Positions 40,698 to 50,481 are shown, counted from the stretch's first letter. The stretch is 64,000 nucleotides of DNA from Oligoflexales bacterium (GCA_965215515.1 OZ244057.1:1824001-1888000), one strand, 5' to 3'. The notes: generated by a model from the sequence alone, not told the origin. Program-made: numbers and translations.

Positions 40698-40929
40698 ACA
40701 GCCCCGCAAGCAATGGTATGGCAGAGGCGTTCGTGAAAACTTTTAAACGAGACTATGCCTATGTCAGTGACTTGAGTTCAGCAGATGTGGTTGAGCAAAA
40801 ATTGCATGTCTGGTTTGATGAATACAACAACGTTGCACCACACAAAGCACTTGGCATGATATCACCTAGGATGTATATGGAGTTCCAACAGGCTGGGTAG
40901 ACTGTCCGTTTTTTGGGGGCAACTCCACA
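40698..40929 (+). mobile_element. IS2-like transposase 3' fragment with right end
   Basis: SNGMAEAFVKTFKRDY..; nearly identical to the reverse complement of 44979-45210; ends GGGGGCAACTCCACA. Confidence 0.88.
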
Positions 40930-41070
40930 TCCCATACCGACGCAACATTGAACTTCACACCGAAGTGGGTGGCAAGTTTAGCAGCAGATTTCAGTTTGCT
41001 GGTAGGCACAGCAAGCCTTGCCAGGACGCAGTTTTTCAAGATGCGATTATTGAGCTCAGCGTGTCGTCCT
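40930..41070 (-). mobile_element. IS1634-like transposase internal fragment
   Basis: Translates ILKNCVLARLAVPTSKLKSAAKLATHFG, similar to IS1634 N-terminal motifs as I recall them. Confidence 0.5.
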
Positions 41071-41105
41071 TGTAGATGCAGCCTCTTCTTGCGATACACG
41101 CCCTA
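41071..41105 (-). mobile_element. 35-bp doubly deleted derivative of the 17241-17511 IS2/IS5 remnant
   Basis: Equals 17241-17249 + 17311-17334 + 17510-17511. Confidence 0.8.
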
Positions 41106-41228
41106 GGCTTGTTATGCGAATTGTTAACAGCCGACCAGGTATTCGTTTTTCAGAGGTATCTACAGATGGCATCTTTGTTGCAGGGATTATCACGAGGACT
41201 GTGTTGTTTCTTACGTTGCGGAGGTTTC

Positions 41229-41717
41229 GTGAAAAAGTTTATCGATCACCTAAGTTGCTTTAATTTCAATGAATCCCAGTATTGGGTAGTTCCTGATGTA
41301 TACCGTCGCGGGGACTTTGAAGTCAGTTGGTTCAGAACTGCGATGGGCAATCCCGTGTGGAAAGTGCGAGCGCGTGGCGAAAATGCTGAGTGGGTGGAAT
41401 TCGACAACCGTGATGCAGTAGCGAAACTGTCGGAGTGCGGTGTTGATCTGCTCGCGTTGCGTAACTGCATCGCGGAGACGGTATTGAGGCAAGCGGTCTA
41501 TGCGGCGCAAATCAGTAAAAGTGCTAAAGAATTGCTAGGTGACCAAAATGTTGACAGTGCTGTGGCCGAGAACGAACTGTTCGTCGCCGATCTCGTCAGC
41601 AAAATCAAGGATACGCTAGCTAACACCCATACCGAGCAGGAGAAGAACGATACTCCCGTTCGTCATCTAAAACTTGTTACACAGCCTCAAAAGCCACTAT
41701 GCGGCGACACGCCCTAG
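41229..41717 (+). CDS. Hypothetical protein
   Basis: GGAGG + GTG, 162 aa; stop lies in an IS5-like end GACACGCCCTAG. Confidence 0.65.
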   Translation: MKKFIDHLSCFNFNESQYWVVPDVYRRGDFEVSWFRTAMGNPVWKVRARGENAEWVEFDNRDAVAKLSECGVDLLALRNCIAETVLRQAVYAAQISKSAKELLGDQNVDSAVAENELFVADLVSKIKDTLANTHTEQEKNDTPVRHLKLVTQPQKPLCGDTP

Positions 41718-42326
41718 TCGCGTCAAAACCTTGCCCCGACATTGAAGTGGAAACGCCCGCGCTGATACCAGTGCTGCTTGGCGAGCCTGCGATCGCGGCA
41801 GTGCCCTGAGTTCCGAGAGGGGGAGAAGATGGGGCCGCTACAGGCAGCCGTACCCGCTGAATGACTTCACTGTTATCTCCGTTGACCCTGCTGCATTTGC
41901 TCGTACTGAGCTAGGAATTGTACACCATCGAATCCCAACAAGCCTCCTACTCCTCGCTTCTTAATTCTAGAAGTGTGAACATTGTGTGAAATTAGCAGAC
42001 GATCCATTTTGTCTGCATCAGGCTCGTTGTGCATCATATAAAAAATTTTAACGGTAAAATCTTGCTCTATTTCTTCAAGTTTCGTGAGATATTTGTGGAG
42101 ATATTCCTATCTGAGCTAGAGTGGAAAGGGAAGTATTATTCTTATTCTTGCAATAGAGATAGGGTTGTAGAACGAGCTGAGGAAAATCGATAGATATGAG
42201 TATGTATGGGTTTGTTACAATTCCTCTCACTTCACCTCAATCGGTATCTGTTCCTGAATAACTTTGGGCATGGTAGCAAGGCCGATCTGTAGGCACAGGT
42301 TGTTGTCACTAGATGATTGCCGTTGA

Positions 42327-42620
42327 TTAGGCCGCTTTTCTTGGCTTGACAGAGAATTCAAGACCAAAAACGGCAAGGCCTTTCTCCAGTCGCCTATATC
42401 CCCACGATTTGTTGCCACTGACGAATTCAGATACGTTTGAGATTGGTATGCCTGACTTGTCGGAAAACTCTTTGATGCCCATGCTTCTAATAGCAAAACG
42501 CAGAGCAGCAACGATATTTCCCCGCAATTCAAGGCTAACCATTACCAGTTCCCTAGCAAAATCAGGGTCACGCATTTTTTTCGCCATTGCCTCACTGTGT
42601 GATTTGCTCCTGTTCGTCAT
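42327..42620 (-). CDS. HTH antitoxin (addiction module antidote)
   Basis: MTNRSKSHSE..DPDFA.., GIKEFSDKSGIPISNVS HTH; overlaps the toxin 3' end. Confidence 0.82.
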   Translation of the reverse strand: MTNRSKSHSEAMAKKMRDPDFARELVMVSLELRGNIVAALRFAIRSMGIKEFSDKSGIPISNVSEFVSGNKSWGYRRLEKGLAVFGLEFSVKPRKAA

Positions 42621-42918
42621 AGTTCCTCCAGTAGTTCTTTGCTCTCTCAATATCAGCTGACTGAGTACGTTTGCTGCCGCCAAGCAGCACGATTAGCCCA
42701 TTTAACTTGCCAAAATAGACACGCATAGTGCCATGTTTATAGTTGATCTTGATTTCCCAAACACCATCACCAAGCGACTTTACATTCTTGCGGCTACCAC
42801 CACAGGCCACTCGATCGATATAATCATAAACCGCAATCTGACTTCGCCTTTCGAGCTTGTCCACCCAGTCTTCAAAAGGACACCTTCCGTTTTCAAGTCT
42901 GTAGTAGACAACGTCCAT
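42592..42918 (-). CDS. RelE/ParE-superfamily toxin (addiction module killer)
   Basis: NGRCPFEDW, KSLGDGVWEIKI, RVYFG, LLGGSKRTQSADIERAK. Confidence 0.88.
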   Translation of the reverse strand: MDVVYYRLENGRCPFEDWVDKLERRSQIAVYDYIDRVACGGSRKNVKSLGDGVWEIKINYKHGTMRVYFGKLNGLIVLLGGSKRTQSADIERAKNYWRNYDEQEQITQ

Positions 42919-42999
42919 GAGGCTATACTTACCTAAAAAGGAAAGTTTGTCAACACCAAGTTAGCTCAAACATATCTAACATGGGATCGCAACCCTGTC

Positions 43000-43014
43000 A
43001 CGGGGGCATCTACA
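43000..43014 (-). mobile_element. IS2-like left-end stub
   Basis: ACGGGGGCATCTACA is the reverse complement of TGTAGATGCCCCCGT. Confidence 0.7.
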
Positions 43015-43089
43015 GCTATCGACAAGCCAATTGCTAACGCATTGCTACGATAGATAAGTGCTAGCAAAGCCAGCTTCTTTTACCTTGTA

Positions 43090-43688
43090 GTGGTTTTTGG
43101 ACGACAGTTAGACTCAACCCGTTCTTCCCCATCTATCCTGATGGATACTTTACTGATCCCAGCTTTGATTGCAAAAACATGCCAGCACCTTTCAATTACT
43201 CCAGCTCTGAGATGGTTGATGAGATTGCGGATCATGGTGTGCCAGCTATTTTAGCAGGTATCGTCAGGCTATCGAGCTTTTCCCTCAATCAGATAGAGAA
43301 AGCCTCTGGGCGCAACTTGAGGGAATTTTACCGTGACGACACAAAGAAAACTGCTATCTTTACCGAGAAGAAATCCCGTGATTTTCACTATAGTGATGAT
43401 GAGATTAGAGCCTACTATGAGCGTATTCATGCCAAGTGTGTGCAAAGAGGCATCCAGTTTACTACCTGCTACATCGGCAATGGCGAAAGTCATTTTTGGA
43501 AAGATCAAGACTTGTGGTCTAATAAAAAAGATTGTTGCAATGCCATCGGTCGTGTCGAGAAGTTTGCTAAAACAAAAACGGCTCGTGATATCAATTGGGA
43601 TGTGAGGATGAAACACACTAACAACAAGTGCCTAAAGCCGTTTTTGGGGAAGAAGGGAATTGTTTACACTAAAAATATTTTGGTTTGA
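43090..43688 (+). pseudogene. C-terminal remnant, possibly of a radical SAM (SPL-like) protein
   Basis: Frame reads GFWTTVRLNPFFPIYPDGYF..KKDCC; no N-terminus or CxxxCxxC; lies next to an IS end. Confidence 0.4.
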
Positions 43689-43731
43689 GATTTTCCCAGT
43701 GAATATGTAGCAAGCTTAGTGACTTCAAGCG

Positions 43732-44978
43732 TTAAGATGCATCTCGCAATAAATCGCGAGTATACATCAAGTCAACAGTATAACCATGCTCATTTTCCAA
43801 TCTATCAGCTTCTTCATGAGCATCTTTTGAGAAGCTGTGGGCTATGATTATACCTGCACCACGCTTTTGTATGTGTTTGAGAAAAGCATCAATAACAGGT
43901 CTACCGACTCTGTATGACTTTTTTACCTGTATAGGAATGTGATCATGTGTGTACCCATCAACACCACCATCTCTTCTTTGCTGAGTATTTGGTGTGCCTC
44001 CAATAAGAGATACTATGTGTTTTTCAAATTCAAAAGGAGATAGTGACATAACTTGACCTTTGGATAGACTATTATCTCGGATAACTTCTATCCTCAACTT
44101 GTGATCACGAACCATCCTTTCTTTGATAACATTTATGGCATCTTTGCTAACATCAATCCCCAACCAGCGTCGTCCAAGCTGCTGTGCAGAACTTATCGTT
44201 GTTCCACAACCACAAAAGGCATCAAAAACCAAGTTGCCCTTGTTAGTGAAAGATTCTATAAGACGATTCAAGAGGGCTAGTGGCTTTTGTGTTGGGTAGC
44301 CAACCCGTTCCTTAGCTCCTGATCTTGTTCCAAAACCAAGAATATCTGTCCAGACAGAGCCAACAGCACTCTTATACTTATCTAAGTAGTACTTTTTCCT
44401 GAGCTTTCCACCACTTGTAGTGTATATCATTCCCTTTTTCTTCATTTTTGCTATTGATGTTTCTGAATAATCCCCGATGGGAGCAGTTCTGAATTTTCTT
44501 CTTGTATTAGGTTCTATCTGTGAAAACGTTTTCTTCTGCTCATCAGTCAACGGTACATGCTGTTGACGAAATACAAATTTTTGCGTTTTTGCATAAACCA
44601 GTATCGTATCATGATTTCTTGGAAATTGTTTTGAGGTCTTTTTCGCTCCCTTACCAGCTGGATCTCGTTGCCATATTATTTCGTTAATCATGTTGTTCTG
44701 CCCAAAAATTTTGTCCAACTCTACTTTTGCGTAGTGAGAGGAACGATGATCTAAGTGTAAACAGAAAACACCACTATCCTTTAGCAGCCTATAGCATTCC
44801 CTTAATCTAGGAGTCAACCACTTTATGTATGCGTTAATGCCTCCCATCCATGCGTCGTTGAAGGAGACAACTTTCTTTCCCCATGCCTTATCCATGCGTA
44901 CTGAATTTGAACAGAAAGGTGGATCAATGTAGATAAAATCAATTTTGTTTGCTTTTAGTGTCTTCATAACTGCAAGGT
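43732..44978 (-). CDS. Beta-class N6/N4 DNA methyltransferase with C-terminal Mrr-like domain, 5' end clipped by IS
   Basis: IYIDPPF, YPTQKP, DAFCGCGTT, DGGVDG..IQVK; the IS end sits just before NLAVMK. Confidence 0.85.
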
Positions 44979-45566
44979 TGTGGAGTTGCCCCCGTAGAGC
45001 GGACAGTCTACCCAGCCTGTTGAAACTCCATATACATCCTAGGTGACATCATGCCAAGTGCTTTGTGTGGTGCAACGTTGTTGTATTCATCAAACCAGAC
45101 ATGCAATTTTTGCTCAACCACATCCGCTGAACTCAAGTCACTGACATAGGCATAGTCTCGTTTAAAAGTTTTCACGAACGCCTCCGCCATACCATTGCTT
45201 GCGGGGCTGTATGGTCTCGTAGTACAAACATCAAAGCCCAGATACTTGGCAAACGTTGTCGTCTGCCTAGCAACGTAACAGGGGACATTATCCGATAGCC
45301 ACTGTATTCTGTGCGGCAATTCATCGCCAAAACGTGCACCTACACAGTCAACCATCAAGTCTCTAACAAGACCACCATCAACGCCGCATGTCGAGCACGC
45401 CCAGCTGATTACTTCACGATCGTGGCAATCCATGGCAAACACAACCTCGAGACACTCCCCGTTATCGCACTGGATTCTGAAAGTATCCGAACACCATCGA
45501 GTGTTGCTCCTCAACGTAGCCACCTTACCTTCGTGAACCCTTGTTGGCCTCGACGCATGCCTTCTT
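44979..45566 (-). mobile_element. IS2-like (IS3 family) OrfB integrase-core fragment with right end
   Basis: SNTRWCSD, DCHDRE, WLSDN, SNGMAEAFVKT; end TGTGGAGTTGCCCCC. Confidence 0.92.
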
Positions 45567-46096
45567 CTGAGTTCCGCAGGTAAATTTCCCAACATACTGT
45601 AATTATAGGGATATGCTTCCTGTGTAGGGCACTACATGTGCGCAAGTTTTGCGCAGTAGTTTAGAGCTTAAAGGGTGCAGAGGAGCATTTCAGTCCGACG
45701 ATGCGGTAGAGGTTTTTGGCCCGCGGGGAGGCTTTTATGTTAGGCATGCCATACAGCTCTCCTGTCTTGATGTGCCCTGAGACGATCGCCTTTGCGGTGG
45801 AATATGGGACGCATTTTGAGATCGTGTTTGGAGCTGCGAAAAGCTTCTTCGATCTCCCATAGGCGACGGTAAGAGGCTATTACCTTCCCCGCGGGTTGCT
45901 TGGAATTGGTAATGTACCCGCTGATGCCATCCCAGGCAGCATCACTGGCTGCCTTGTCTCGATTGATTTTAGCTGTCTTCTTGCTCCCAGTACCGAATTG
46001 GAGATATTTTTTGCTGCCGCTGTTCTTGACCAGATCTTTCACCGCTACCTCACCCTCGACCTTAGCCATCCTCTCCAGACGATCTAACAAACGAGC
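45567..46096 (-). mobile_element. IS1634-family transposase 3' remnant nested in the IS2-like element
   Basis: WDGISGYITN, YRRLWEIEEAFRSSKHDLKMRPIFH. Confidence 0.88.
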
Positions 46097-46133
46097 TGTA
46101 GATGCCACCGTAAAGAGCGGACACCCTATCGGC
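46097..46133 (+). mobile_element. IS2-like left end bounding cassette 2
   Basis: TGTAGATGCCACCGTAAAGAGCGGACACCCTATCGGC. Confidence 0.8.
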
Positions 46134-46222
46134 TTCTAACAATCACGTAGAGGAGTTCAGTTACGGTTAGTGATCGTTTCGTAAGTTCGGAAGCACCTGA
46201 TAGAGAGAAGGCGGGGGCATAG

Positions 46223-47401
46223 TCACTCCTCTTTTTTCAGTTCACCCCAGGTGGTGGTTTGTTTGCCCTTTGCTGCGACAGGCATAGCCTTGGGGTGGGC
46301 GGCGATGAGGGTGACGATACGCTTCATATTGCGTTGTTGGGCGAGATCTAGTGCCCTATGCCCGTCTGCGTTTTTGAGGAAGGGTTTGATGTCCTGGTGT
46401 GCAATGAGCCTAGCCACCAGGTCTTTGGAGCCGCTCAACACTGCGTAGTGTAGGGCGGTCATCCCTTTCGCATCACGGACATTGATTTTGATATCCTGGT
46501 GGCTGGTGAGTCTAGCTACCAGTATCAAGTAGCCCTTGAGCACGGCATGGTGCAGGGCGGTCAGACCTTCCTTGTCTTGGACGTTGATGTCGATGTCAGG
46601 ATCGTTCTTGAGCACCTCGCGGGCCCAGAAGGATTTCCCTTGTTTGATCTCGAAGAGCAGTGGGTGTTTAGGGCGGCAACCCCTCGGGGTTTCCTCCAGT
46701 TCGTAATCAGGAAAAAGACACTCTTCCAGCGGTAAACCCTCGTGCCTGTGTCTGTAGAGCCAGACGATGCCGTTGATGTCGTCTTGGCCGAGATCGCCAA
46801 TCTTATTCACAAAATGTGAGTGTGAACTCATTATGGAAGCGGGCTGTGTGCCCTTAGTGCTAGGTAAACCGCCTGTGCTAGGGCCTGGCTTGCCCTTGTA
46901 GGTGTCGGAGAGACCGAAAGCATGCCCAACTTCGTGGATAAGGTTGTTCATAAAGATTGCTGTCCTCATGCCGCGACGCATGTTGATGACAGGGCGATTG
47001 TCCCTCAGTTGAGCATTGGAGGTATCAAAATTACAGTGGAAAATGACCCGCAGATCTTCGTCGTGGGGGCGGGGAACGGCGACGCGCTGAGAGCGGAAAT
47101 CTTCAACGATCGGCTTGTCAGTGTAGTCGCGCAATGGCTGCAACCAGGCACGTAAGGCTTTGCCGATGGCGGCGGTAAGTGCCTCGTCGTTATCCCTTTC
47201 CTCGGGCGGACAATTGTCACCGTAGGTATAAGCGATGTCCAGGTGCGGCGCGTGCACCTTATTGATGAGCTGACCATCAAGATTAAAACCTTCCCGCCAC
47301 CAGCGATGTTGCTGCGCGATAAACTTCGTATCCGTGCTCTGCGGACGCACTATGCAGGACAATAACAACAGAGCGAACGACAAAAAAAGTGAGTGTCTCA
47401 T
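46223..47401 (-). CDS. Lipoprotein metzincin peptidase with ankyrin repeats, cassette 2
   Basis: LLLSC lipobox, HEVGHAFGLSD, ASIM, ankyrin repeats, KGKQTTTWGELKKEE. Confidence 0.88.
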   Translation of the reverse strand: MRHSLFLSFALLLLSCIVRPQSTDTKFIAQQHRWWREGFNLDGQLINKVHAPHLDIAYTYGDNCPPEERDNDEALTAAIGKALRAWLQPLRDYTDKPIVEDFRSQRVAVPRPHDEDLRVIFHCNFDTSNAQLRDNRPVINMRRGMRTAIFMNNLIHEVGHAFGLSDTYKGKPGPSTGGLPSTKGTQPASIMSSHSHFVNKIGDLGQDDINGIVWLYRHRHEGLPLEECLFPDYELEETPRGCRPKHPLLFEIKQGKSFWAREVLKNDPDIDINVQDKEGLTALHHAVLKGYLILVARLTSHQDIKINVRDAKGMTALHYAVLSGSKDLVARLIAHQDIKPFLKNADGHRALDLAQQRNMKRIVTLIAAHPKAMPVAAKGKQTTTWGELKKEE

Positions 47402-47413
47402 GAGCGTATCCTC

Positions 47414-50368
47414 CTAAGGACAGACTTCGTTATCCTGCAAGGTTGTAACACTAGCAGCAGCGCAACCGCCGAAAGCACATCGATCGAGTGCTTCGAAGAG
47501 ATAGGGAGTTGATTCGTCGAGAAGGCTTGGAACTGGATGCTCAGGATCGTTGTCTAGTAGTCGTCTATCTATAAATTTTCTACATTCTATGCTCATGCTA
47601 CTCTTGCTTGTTGTACCCGCATAGAAATAATCCCACCACAGTTTTTGAGAAAGAGCACCCTGGTACTGATCCCCTTCAATAATGCCACCTGCAAATAGAG
47701 AATTGGGGTCGTCGTTTACAACGTCTGCATATGTTTGACAATCAACAGGAATCCTCCCTGTACTCCCGCTAGGAGTACCATATTTGAGAATGTTTTGTAC
47801 CTCACCAAGCTTGAGATGACTATAGTTAGTGCAAGCGTCCATGGCTGTAACGGGGGCGTAGCAGTCGCACGTTCCTTTGCCAGGAGACCATAAGAAAGGT
47901 GCATAGCCCTCGGGGCAGGAGGGAACACATGGCTCACCTTCTTTTGGTGGTTGTGTCGTTGGTGTTGGTGTAGGCTTCACAATGCAAATACAGTTGAAGG
48001 AGAGGGGTCTATTATTCACTTGATTTTTCTCTAGGGTGTGACCATCACCACCACCTTCGCATCCATGTGTTGCGGCATCGACAGTTATCGGCAACTGTAG
48101 AGAAGGAGTAGGGCTATCGTCACTATTTCTGTACGATATACACTGCCCCACACAGGTACATGCAATGGATGGCGAATCACCCGTTGATGCAAAGTGACCG
48201 CCTAGACCTTCACAGTGACTCTCTACACCATAAACCGTCTTTACGCTGGGAGCAGTAGTATAACTACCTGTGTAGCTGACGCTATCACAGACAGGATCAG
48301 GCGGTGTCTCTGTCGGAGGTAGAGAGCCGCTGTATTTGCAACTCCCCGTACACTTATCAGTGTCGAAACTCCAGCTCATACTAGCCCCGCTGCAGGTGCA
48401 GCCGCCACTGTTCCACGTGCCGCTAGCTTTGGTGCATGCAGTTTTCTCAGCGTCGTCAGAACACACGCACTTGCCTGTCGAACCAACCCCGAACACAGAC
48501 AGCGCCTTGTTGAGCAGGCTGAATGAAGTACGAGCAGAGAAGTTCCATACCTTCTTGGGATCAGAGCAAGTGCACTTGCACCTATTATCGTTCCAGGTTG
48601 CCTCACTCACGTTGCCGCATGCGTTTTTCTCATTACCAGTACTATCAGGGCACTGACACGTACAATTACTCGAATTGTATACTCTGTTCACGTATGTCGT
48701 CCCATCGCTGCTGTTGCAATTGCAGCCACTACCATATGTAGCCCTTTTCTGATCCTGACAGCTGCCGCCCGTCGTCCCATCCAAACAGGCATTCTCACAC
48801 TCTTCCACTTGCACCGCCTGCCCTCCCGAGCATTCTTCAGTTTCAGTAATGGGTTCTGTTGGCTGTTCTGTCTCTGACTTCTTCTTACACACGCACTTAC
48901 CCTCCATCCAGATGACGGTGTAGTCTGAAGTTGGATTTATACAGGGGTCATCTTGAAGCACGCCTTCGTCGCTGCAGCAGTAGTGGGTATTGTGGTTGTC
49001 CTCCTTGCATCCTTCGGGCTCCTCAGTTTCAATGGCGGAGCAGTCACACGCATCTGGGTCCAAGTCCGTGTTCCAGCTGATTGTGTATGCATCATCACAG
49101 TTATCACCGCTGGGAATGACACCACCAGTACCTTCCTCACTGCAGCAGTAGTTGCTCATGTTGCGCTGTCGGCATTCTTGGCCTTCATCCTTAGGACTGC
49201 AAGTGCAGTTAGCACTATCAACCCCGTGTGGGCAATCAGTAGCAGTAAGTGGACACTCGCACTGGCAGGTCGTGGAATTCCAAGTCGGTGTGGCAGAGGG
49301 GCAGGTGATGCCAGCTTCTGCAGCAGTAGCATATAGACACTGGCACTGGCAGGTTGTGGAATTCCATGTGTAGTTGCCAGTACAAGACTGTGGAGCACAT
49401 CCACATTGGCAGTGACTGGGAATCCAGGTGTAACCTGCAGCACAATCATCTTTGCTTTTTTTACATATACAACAATCAGGCTTACTTATATCTGTTTCCC
49501 ACCCGCCAACTTTGGCGCAGGTGGTGCATGGGGGGGGGGTAGTACACGTACAAGTAGTACCATCCAGCACTGCTGGGGGAGTGCAGGTACGATTGCAGGC
49601 ACAACAATCGTTATGGTGAGCAGTAACATCAAAGCTCCAGTCGGAGTTTAACCCAGCTTTATCGCAGGTTGTCTTTGGGTTTCCATACTCTCCTTCAGGA
49701 CAACACTGCGTTGCTGGGTTGCATGTCGGAGGTGGCGGCGTTGGTGTCGGATCAGGCGGTGGTGTTGGTGTTGGCGGAGGTGGCGGCGGTGGTGCCCCCA
49801 TTCCCGCGGGGCAGTACTTGGTGATGTTGCGGCAGACCGTGGGCTTGGCATCGCGCAACGCCATCCTCACCGCATCACCCCGCGTATAGTCACACTCCTC
49901 TCTCCCCCCGCCATGACAATCGGGATAAATATACCTGCCCTCATCATCGGCATACGCAAAGGCAACCGCCTCATTACCAGGACGTAACTGATAAAAATAA
50001 CGTAACTGTCCACAGGCTTGCGGACGGAAACCCAGATGGTTATTCAACCCCAGATCGCGATCATCGGCGTAGTCCCCACAATCACCCCTAGTACCGTCCT
50101 CATTCTTGTAGCCGATACCACCATCAGGGGCGAGCAACGCGGAGCCACTGTAGTACCTGAAGTGCTCGATCTTATACACCGCCTGCAGACTAGCCAGATG
50201 GGCGAGGTTGCTCTTCGCCTCCCCCCGCCGTGCCTGCGCCAAGAAAGCATGATAACGCGGCAGCGCCAAGGCAACCAAAATGCCGATAACCGCCACCGCG
50301 ACCATCAACTCCACCAAACTTAAACCCGCTCTCGTCCGCACCACTTCCCTTTTTTTGGCTAAAAACAA
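47414..50368 (-). CDS. Giant type IV pilin with Cys-rich CXCXC-repeat body, cassette 2
   Basis: Same N-terminal ~190 aa as cassette 1 (4 differences seen); WNSTTCQCQC, WIPSHCQCGC, WNDNRCKCTC. Confidence 0.88.
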   Translation of the reverse strand: MFLAKKREVVRTRAGLSLVELMVAVAVIGILVALALPRYHAFLAQARRGEAKSNLAHLASLQAVYKIEHFRYYSGSALLAPDGGIGYKNEDGTRGDCGDYADDRDLGLNNHLGFRPQACGQLRYFYQLRPGNEAVAFAYADDEGRYIYPDCHGGGREECDYTRGDAVRMALRDAKPTVCRNITKYCPAGMGAPPPPPPPTPTPPPDPTPTPPPPTCNPATQCCPEGEYGNPKTTCDKAGLNSDWSFDVTAHHNDCCACNRTCTPPAVLDGTTCTCTTPPPCTTCAKVGGWETDISKPDCCICKKSKDDCAAGYTWIPSHCQCGCAPQSCTGNYTWNSTTCQCQCLYATAAEAGITCPSATPTWNSTTCQCECPLTATDCPHGVDSANCTCSPKDEGQECRQRNMSNYCCSEEGTGGVIPSGDNCDDAYTISWNTDLDPDACDCSAIETEEPEGCKEDNHNTHYCCSDEGVLQDDPCINPTSDYTVIWMEGKCVCKKKSETEQPTEPITETEECSGGQAVQVEECENACLDGTTGGSCQDQKRATYGSGCNCNSSDGTTYVNRVYNSSNCTCQCPDSTGNEKNACGNVSEATWNDNRCKCTCSDPKKVWNFSARTSFSLLNKALSVFGVGSTGKCVCSDDAEKTACTKASGTWNSGGCTCSGASMSWSFDTDKCTGSCKYSGSLPPTETPPDPVCDSVSYTGSYTTAPSVKTVYGVESHCEGLGGHFASTGDSPSIACTCVGQCISYRNSDDSPTPSLQLPITVDAATHGCEGGGDGHTLEKNQVNNRPLSFNCICIVKPTPTPTTQPPKEGEPCVPSCPEGYAPFLWSPGKGTCDCYAPVTAMDACTNYSHLKLGEVQNILKYGTPSGSTGRIPVDCQTYADVVNDDPNSLFAGGIIEGDQYQGALSQKLWWDYFYAGTTSKSSMSIECRKFIDRRLLDNDPEHPVPSLLDESTPYLFEALDRCAFGGCAAASVTTLQDNEVCP

Positions 50369-50386
50369 AACTTCCCCGCGCGAACG

Positions 50387-50411
50387 TCATCGGCGTTTTT
50401 TTTTCACTTTA
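50387..50411 (-). promoter_or_regulatory. Sigma-28-like pilin promoter with A9 tract in the spacer (13 nt)
   Basis: TAAA-gtg(A)9c-GCCGATGA. Confidence 0.58.
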
Positions 50412-50468
50412 GTTACGTTGCCAAAAGCCCCAAATTACAGTTGTCTGCCTGCAATATTGCGGGAGAGA

Positions 50469-50481
50469 GGGGGCATCTACA
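50469..50481 (-). mobile_element. IS2-like left-end stub closing cassette 2
   Basis: GGGGGCATCTACA lies exactly where homology with cassette 1 ends. Confidence 0.65.

Noticed and set aside
41111..41137. Further sigma-28 promoters (here, ~11016 and ~59761)
   Set aside because: Only partial -10 matches without a properly spaced -35.
41860..42230. Low-GC segment as a gene remnant
   Set aside because: Probably decayed foreign DNA, but no recognisable protein motif.
35939..50481. Diversity-generating retroelement or shufflon explaining the pilin variants
   Set aside because: No reverse transcriptase or site-specific invertase in the window; differences are not adenine-specific and both cassettes are in direct orientation.
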